Source of the DNA: Octopus vulgaris
Lineage: Eukaryota
Assembly: GCA_951406725.2 (NCBI GenBank)
Contig: OX597818.1
Location: 31,744,001-31,808,000, forward strand
Direction: 5' to 3'
DNA length: 64,000 nt
Below the pieces are notes generated by a model, which was not told the DNA's origin, did not search any database, and saw nothing but the letters and a program-made list of their open reading frames with translations. Positions 56,259 to 64,000 of this stretch are shown here, one piece after another (the stretch's first letter is position 1; each line of letters opens with the position of its first letter). Position numbers and translations under genes: made by a program.

Positions 56259-56758
56259 GACGATGATGATGATGAGGAGGAGGAAGATGATGACGCTGAT
56301 GACGACGATGATGATGATGACGATGATGATGATGATAATGACGATGATGATGATGATGATGATGTTGGGAATGATGATGATGATGATGATGAATGTGATG
56401 TTGGTGGTGTTGGTGGTGGTTTTGGTAGCGGATGTGGAGGAGCTTGCTTTGTATTGGTTGTGATGTCTATGCATCAATTAACTGTGGAGTGGCGGTTGAA
56501 GAAATATAACCATACAACTAATTCCAGTCCGTGAGACATAGAAAGACTCTCAAAATGGCCACCACCAAATCCACCACCACCACCACCACCACCACCACCA
56601 CCACCATCACCACCACCACCACCGCCGCCACGGCCACCACCACTGCTACCGCCGCCGCCGCCGCCGCTGCCGTCACCGCCATCACCACCAATTCCACCAC
56701 CATTATTACTACTAATAATACCATCACACATGCCACCACCATTAACACTAACACGATA

Positions 56759-56832
<74 letters not shown>

Positions 56833-57005
56833 AACTACTACCACACTAACATGATAATAACTACTACTACAACAACCACCTGAACTACCACCACCACCAT
56901 CACTAACATCACTACTACTACTACTATCACACTAACATCATGATAACTACTACTACCACTACCGCCTGTACTACCTCCACCACCATCACTAACATCACTA
57001 CTACA

Positions 57006-57037
<32 letters not shown>

Positions 57038-57532
57038 CGATAGTTAATTTTCCACAATGTGCAGCAGGACATGTAACACTTTTTCTCCCAGATAACAAAA
57101 TACAAATTTTTAAAAAAATGAAACAAAAATTACGAAAATGAATAAATAAATAAATAAATAAATAAATACGCATAAAGAATATTGAAGTAGCAAAATATTC
57201 AAGCAAAACTGCTTCTAACGTTACATCTACCTTTCTTTCATTCTTTCCTCTTCTGGTTTTACAGAATTTCTTTTCTCTAATTCTTTCCTCTTCTCGTACT
57301 TCTCTTTGCCTTTCTCTTCTCCCACTTCTCTCTCTCTCCCTCTCTCTCGTTCTTCTCTTTCTGTCTTTCTTTCACTTACAATAAAAAACAATTATCCTTT
57401 ACTCAATCCTACTTCAGACATCACATTACTATAACTTCTTATTTTCGTTCTTCCTCTTCACGATCTCGCTCTTCTTTTTTTTTTCATCATATTTCCATCT
57501 TTTACTTGCTTTGGTTGTTGTTATTGTTGTTG

Positions 57533-57591
<59 letters not shown>

Positions 57592-57615
57592 GTTATAATT
57601 ATTATTATCATCATC

Positions 57616-57647
<32 letters not shown>

Positions 57648-57679
57648 TGTTATAATTATTATTATCATCATCATCATTG

Positions 57680-57729
<50 letters not shown>

Positions 57730-57816
57730 GTTATAATTATCATCATCATCATCATTATCATTATTATTATTATCATTATTATTATTATTATTGTTATAAT
57801 CATTATTATCATCATC

Positions 57817-57848
<32 letters not shown>

Positions 57849-57885
57849 TAATATTATTTTTATTGTTATAATTATTATTATCATC

Positions 57886-57923
<38 letters not shown>

Positions 57924-58048
57924 TGTTATAATTATTATTATCATCATCATCATTATCATTATTATTATTATTATTAATATTATTATTATTATTATGATTA
58001 TTATGATTATTATTATTATTGTTATAATTATTATTATCATCATCATCA

Positions 58049-58097
<49 letters not shown>

Positions 58098-58755
58098 CAT
58101 TATTACTATTGGTGCTGTTGTAGTTGCTGTTATTGTTGTCGTATCGTTATTGTTGGTATCATCATCATCATCAGCATCAGCATCATTAGCATCGTCATCA
58201 TCATTATCATCATCATAATTATTATTGACTACCAGCCTCTTCAGACGTGCTTTCAAATCATTTTTGAGACCATTGAAGTCTTAGAACACACACCAAAAAA
58301 GAAAAATAAAAAAAAAAAAAAAGAAAATTTAAATTGTTTCCAACGGAATTATTTTCAAACAAGAACGTATTTGAACATGCAGAATTTTCTTCACATAGTG
58401 TCCAAATCGCAAAAGTCTCTTCTAAGACATTTTTTTATTATTATTATTATTTTATTTTGTCTCATGATGTTTAAGTTTGCACTTCTATGGATATTTTTTC
58501 CTCATATTTAAGCAGGTCGAAATATCACAAAGACACTCCATCGATCTATTGCTTGTATCAGTGTGTGGGTGTCTCCCTCAATGCTTAACTATACGATAAT
58601 GTGTACGTAAGAGTGGTCGTAATTTTTGTCTTAAATCCCTCTCTTCGTTATACATCGTCCTTTAAATGGTAGAAAAGCAGAACGAAATGACTTTAGCCGC
58701 CTACAAGTAAAAATACCATCACCCATGCCACCACCATTGACACTAACACGATCAT

Positions 58756-58842
<87 letters not shown>

Positions 58843-58907
58843 AACAACAACAACAACAACTACTACTACTACTACTACTACTACCACTACCACTACTACT
58901 GCTGCTG

Positions 58908-58980
<73 letters not shown>

Positions 58981-59270
58981 AGCTGCTGCTGCTGCTGCTG
59001 CTGCTGCTACAGTTGCTGCTGCTGCTGCTGCCACTGCCACTACTACTGTTGCTGCTGCTGCTGCTGCTACTACTACTACTACTACTACTACTACAACTAC
59101 TACAACTACTACTACCACTACTACCACTACAACTACTACTGCTGCTGCTACTATTACTACTACTACTACCACCACTACCACTACTACTGCTGCTGCTGCT
59201 ACTACTACTACTACTACTACCTGCTACTGCTGCTGCTGCTGCTACTACTACTACTACTACTACCACGCTA
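55560..59270. repeat. ~3.7-kb cluster of mixed trinucleotide arrays (CAT/GAT, CAC, TAC, ATT, CTG)
   Basis: Blocks at 55560-56420, 56560-57036, 57512-58225, 58725-59265. Confidence 0.97.
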
Positions 59271-59662
59271 ACATCCAATAGTAAATGGAAAAGCATCGTA
59301 ATACTAAATTCCTACAAAATGAAGACAACACCTCGAACAAGATATATATATTTAGACCCTTGATAAGACATGCGTGAGAAATCTGACAACGAAAAGAAAT
59401 TTATAGGGTTGCAAAAAACACTAGTTTCATCAGTCCCAAAACAATACAAATGCGCAGACAAAAAAAATGAAGTCCATTGCGATCTCTTTCCCTACGCCAT
59501 AGCTTTTCTCTTTTTCTCATTTCTCTCCCATATATTTCTTTCCTACATAACACATTCTGTTCACTCAGAAGTTAATGTTTTCCTATTTCTAACTATATAA
59601 CCAAGCTTAATTTTGTGCAAAATATATTTTTACTCGATTTGAAACAAATACATACATAAATG

Positions 59663-59841
59663 GGCGTAGTAGTGGCTGTGGCGTAAGTAGCTTGCTTACG
59701 AACCACATGGTTCCAGGTTCAGTCCCACCGCATGGCACCTTGAGCAAGTGTCTTCTACTATAGCCTCGGACCGACCAAAGCCTTGTGAGTGGATTTGGTA
59801 GACAGAAACTGAAAGAAGCCGGTCGTATATATGTATATATG

Positions 59842-59889
<48 letters not shown>

Positions 59890-60148
59890 TGTGTGTGTGT
59901 GTGTGTGTCTGTGTCTGTGTCTTTGTGTGTTTGTGTATGTTTGTGTGTTTGTGTTTGTCCACCCAACATCACTTGACAACCGCTGCTGGTTTGTTTACGT
60001 CCCCGTAACTTAGCGGTTCGGCAATAGAGATCGATAGAATAAGTACTAGGCTTACAAAGAATAAGTCCTGGGATCAAATTGCTTGACTAAAGGTGGTGCT
60101 CCAGCATGGCCACAGTCAACTGACTGAAACAAGTAAAAGAGTAAAAGA
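59663..60148 (+). mobile_element. SINE family A (tRNA head, CORE-like block, internal microsatellite, CR1-like tail), full length
   Basis: TGGCTGTGGCGTAAG...GGTTCAGTCCC...CCTTGAGCAAGTGTCTT...(TA)n(TG)n...CAGCATGGCCACAGTCAACTGACTGAAAC-(AGTAAAAG)n. Confidence 0.93.
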
Positions 60149-60179
60149 TAGATACGTACGTATATACATACACAAACAC

Positions 60180-60210
<31 letters not shown>

Positions 60211-60401
60211 TACATATTTAGCTATGAGCACACTGAGCAAGTAGCCCAGGGACCTCATGTGTCTAAGGGTCCAATTTTGATCTATGTATTCTGTGGCTTG
60301 TTGTGTCGGTAAGTAAATAAACTAGAACCGAATGTACTTATTGTCCGGAACCTATAGTGCTGCTAAAACGCCCCTGTGTGTATGTGCGTATGCATATATA
60401 C

Positions 60402-60556
60402 CAATGCCTGAATACACACTAAAATTTGATATATCGGTGACGGGGGAATTGGCTGTTATGTCTAACTGGGCGTCTGTCTCTAACAAGCCAAAGATAGAGC
60501 GAAATGATGTGATCTGATAGTTCCGGCGGCCGTAGCGGATGGTTATCGCCTTTGGG
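60402..60556 (-). CDS. Candidate exon, product unknown (PKAITIRYGRRNYQITSFRSIFGLLETDAQLDITANSPVTDISNFSVYSGI)
   Basis: Strong acceptor TCTTTTATTCTTCTATGTGTTTCAG, GC-richer unique sequence, one frame open throughout; donor G|GTATAT is weak. Confidence 0.3.
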
Positions 60557-61687
60557 CTGAAACACATAGAAGAATAAAAGAGGATATGTGTGTGTGTGTG
60601 TGTGTGTGTGTATGTAACGTCTCATGTACTGCGCCAACATTTTATTAAATATTTTTTTCTATTCCCTACTGATTGCTATTCTAAGCAATTCATGTCAAAT
60701 ATAATATAATATGGAATAATATATGTGCTAAATCCTCTGAAATACGTTGCACCGAAAGAAACACTGCTGTAATTGAAATAAAATAAAATATATAAATGTG
60801 AATACACACACACACACGCACAAACATATTATATACATATGTGTAGGCATGTATGGATCATATTTAGTGCAAATATACATCATTGACTGTTCTTCTTGCA
60901 ATATTCATCCAAAGATTAAATCTCTTACGGGCAGTAGAGGCCAGAGAGAACACTATATGCATTTATGGATTTTTGAAGCCTTTTCAACGACGTGTACTCA
61001 CAGCTACCCACAAACCTAGGCGAGAATTCGTCGCCTCCTATATGAGAAGCAGAGAATAAAAATTCACTGATGCGGCGAATTGACGCCCGATTGAGTAAAA
61101 TTATGATATGGGCAATTGAGGCAATATTATATCAAAATAGCCACCTATGTATCATATTCAATGCATATACACCGTTGAAACGTTAGATACAGTAGTATTT
61201 ATTAAGATGGCATCTCTTATAGACGTACACTGTTAAAAACATAAATATCTGAAGATATGAACAATTCGTGGCCTGTGAGAACGCGAGATACATTTATAAT
61301 TTTTTTACCTTTTTAATGATGATTAGTCACAGCCAGTCACCTACTTGGACAGGAATTCGTCGCTTCGGAAATAGAAAACAGTAACTAAAACGATCATTGA
61401 TGTGAATAGCTGTCCGGCTAGATAAAAATCCACACATATCTACAGGTCTGGTTTGTTAATGAGTACCTTTTCCCCTTCAACAAGCAATGTTCGTACAAGC
61501 TATCAAGGCTCGAAAACTTACCCAAAAACTTCGAGGCAACTGTACTTGTATAAGCGCCAAGAGAGCATCATTTTTGTTCGTTTGTTCCGTTTGTAGCAAT
61601 GCACAACATACCATACATCACAAAATCTAAGATAAATTTTAAATAGGTAAACTAACTTTGGAGCCTTTCGCTGCTGATGTATAATCA

Positions 61688-61985
61688 TCATATCTATAAA
61701 AGGGAGGATGTGTGTGCGTGTGTGTGTGTGTGTGTATGTGATTGTAATTTATGCACGTCCACAAATTAGCAAGCATGTCGCTCCAATTTTAGGAGGACAT
61801 TTGTCAACTAATTTTTTTCCTCGAGGCACCTGTGGGTAGCGTAAATATCTATTTTCAGACATAGCTTTTAGCCACGGAAAATATCAGCTTTGGCTTTTTT
61901 GATGGCGTCTAACAAAAAAAAAAAAACGATAAAGAAAAGTGGAAGAAGGAGGTAGAGAGTTTTACGTGAAAGACAAAGTGACAGA

Positions 61986-62036
<51 letters not shown>

Positions 62037-62429
62037 AGTTATGACGTTCATAAAAAATAAAATGTAAAATGTTTTGTTTTTTGTTTTTGAAAGACACTAT
62101 ATTTTATAATCATAGTATATATACTTTAGTGAAAATCGTGCGAGTGTTAATCTACAAATTTAAGAACATTTTTTCCAGTCATTTCTGTTTATGAACATGT
62201 ATACGTGCACAAAACATGCAATAGGTGTACGTACGTATGTGTGTATATGAGTGTTCGTGTCTGTTGCCCATATATATTATATTATATTATATATATATAA
62301 AATATAACTAATTTCAACGGATTTCGCCCAAATTTGACGTCTATATTACTTAGTTTGGTTTAAAATAAAGAACTTGATTAGCTTAATAATCGTAACTTAA
62401 TCCCGGGCAAGGCCGAGTTATACTGCTAG
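61688..62429 (+). mobile_element. Non-autonomous Helitron
   Basis: 5' A|TCATATCTATAAAA followed by (TG)n; 3' hairpin CCCGGGCAAGGCCGAG then CTAG|T. The 5' base is uncertain by a few nt. Confidence 0.7.
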
Positions 62430-62727
62430 TATGTGTATATATCCCAAATTTGCTAACGCACGAGATATTGTGGTTTAGATATTTATAAGTGAATTAGACA
62501 GGCGACGATGTAAGTTTGCATAGTAATTACAATTATCAGGTCATTATTTTACTTTATCTCAACAAAACACAACCTCCATAATATTTTTGTGTGAAAAGAG
62601 AGTATAAAAATGTATTGACGCCTGTTCAACTTTCTAGAGTAAAATGCTTAAAAGCTGCAGTTTAACTGCTTTGAAATTATACGCATGTATGTATGTATGT
62701 ATGTATGTATGTATGTATGTATGTATG

Positions 62728-62758
<31 letters not shown>

Positions 62759-62947
62759 GTATGTATGTATGTATGTACGTATGAATGTATGTATGTATGT
62801 ATGTGTGAGTATGTGCATGTGTGAATATGTGGGTGTGTGTATGTATGTATGAGCATATGTATGTATCTATGTATGTATGTATGTATGTATGTATGTATGT
62901 ATGTATGTATGTATGTATGTATGTATATACATGTACGTATATATATA

Positions 62948-63440
62948 GCCGCATGTGTGGCTGTGCGGTATGAAACTTGCTTCTCAACCATATAGTTCCG
63001 GGTTCAGTCCCACTGCGTAGCACCTTGGACAAGTATCTTCTACTATAGACTCGAGGTCGACAATGGCCTTGGAAGTGAATTTGGTAGACGGAAAATGAAA
63101 GAAGCCCGTCGTGATATATATATATTTATATATGTGTGTGTGTGTGTGTTCGTGTGTCTGTGTTTGTCTCCACCACCATCACTTGACAACCGATGATGGT
63201 ATTTTTACGTCCACGTAACTTAGTAGTTCGATAGAAGTAGTTATTACTACTTCTATCGAACTACTAAGTTACGTGGACGTAAAAATACCATCATCGGTTG
63301 TCAAGTGATGGTGGTGGAGACAAACACAGACACACGAACACACAAAGGCTTACAAAGAATAAGTCTTGGGGTCGATTTGTTCGACTCAAAGCGGTGCTTT
63401 ATCATGGCCGCAGTCAAATGATTGAAACAAGTAAAAGAAT
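62948..63440 (+). mobile_element. SINE family A containing a perfect internal inverted duplication (63143-63344)
   Basis: Matches 59663-60148 apart from the hairpin insert. Confidence 0.93.
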
Positions 63441-63477
63441 ATATATATATACATAATGCATATATATGTGCCTGTAA

Positions 63478-63800
63478 AGGGGCATAACTAAGTGGTTAGG
63501 GCGTTGGGCTCATAATCATGAGTTAGTGAGTTCAATTCCAGGACCAGGCTGCGTGTTGTATTTTTGAGCACGACTTTTCTTTTTACGTTGCTCCAGTTCA
63601 CTCAGCTGTAGAAATGAGTTACGAAGTTACTGGTGCCAAAGTGTATTGGGCTGTGCCTTTCCCTTGGATAACATCTGTGGCGCGGAGAGAGGAAGCTGGT
63701 ATGCATAGTCGACTGCTGGTCTCCCAAAACCAACCTTAACCGCACTCGAGTATCTTTCTATGAGCAATCTCGTGGTCATTCATGACCAAAAGGGATTTCT
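63478..63800 (+). mobile_element. tRNA-derived CORE-like SINE (family E)
   Basis: A-box remnant TAACTAAGTGGTTAG, B box GAGTTCAATTCC, TTGAGCACGAC...CTCCAGTTCACTCAGCTGTA block. Confidence 0.7.
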
Positions 63801-63838
63801 CTCTCACTTTCTCTCTAATGTATATACACACACACACA

Positions 63839-64000
63839 CGAGGGTATGCTGAAAAGTTCCTAGTTTTGGTTAAAAGAAAATTATGATTTTATTCAACAAA
63901 TTCCCCTCTCAGATTCACATACTTATTGCAGAGTTCCTTCAGTTTTTATGTCCTGTAAAAAAAACCTCGGAATTTTGGGCCTCCAACCAGGCAGGCCTTT
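63839..64000 (-). mobile_element. mariner-derived MITE, runs off the window end
   Basis: CGAGGGTATGCTGAAAAGTTCC TIR; interior homologous to 7267-7476. Confidence 0.8.

Noticed and set aside
55531-59363. Long poly-I, poly-M, poly-S, poly-L, poly-V and poly-T ORFs
   Set aside because: Open in several frames on both strands because triplet repeats lack stops; no domain or splice evidence.

Overview
AT-rich, microsatellite-saturated animal genomic DNA. The SINE families resemble those known from octopus, so a coleoid cephalopod origin is inferred. There is no intact long ORF; almost all entries in the ORF track are translations of simple repeats. The window is mostly decayed mobile DNA: at least five tRNA-derived SINE families, 3' ends of RTE- and CR1-like LINEs, an R4/Dong-like remnant, Tc1/mariner elements and MITEs, a non-autonomous Helitron, a Penelope (Poseidon-type) RT remnant, and short Penelope-pLTR-like fold-back units in (TA)n tracts carrying minimal hammerhead ribozyme motifs. 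The most striking observation is a tRNA-headed SINE (55194-55510, minus) with a hammerhead ribozyme. Its 3' end matches the inverted terminal segment fused to the Penelope RT remnant at 38498-39250, making it a candidate Pol III ribozyme-SINE mobilised by a Penelope element rather than a LINE. A few minus-strand exon candidates (best 26065-26163) suggest the window may be largely intronic.
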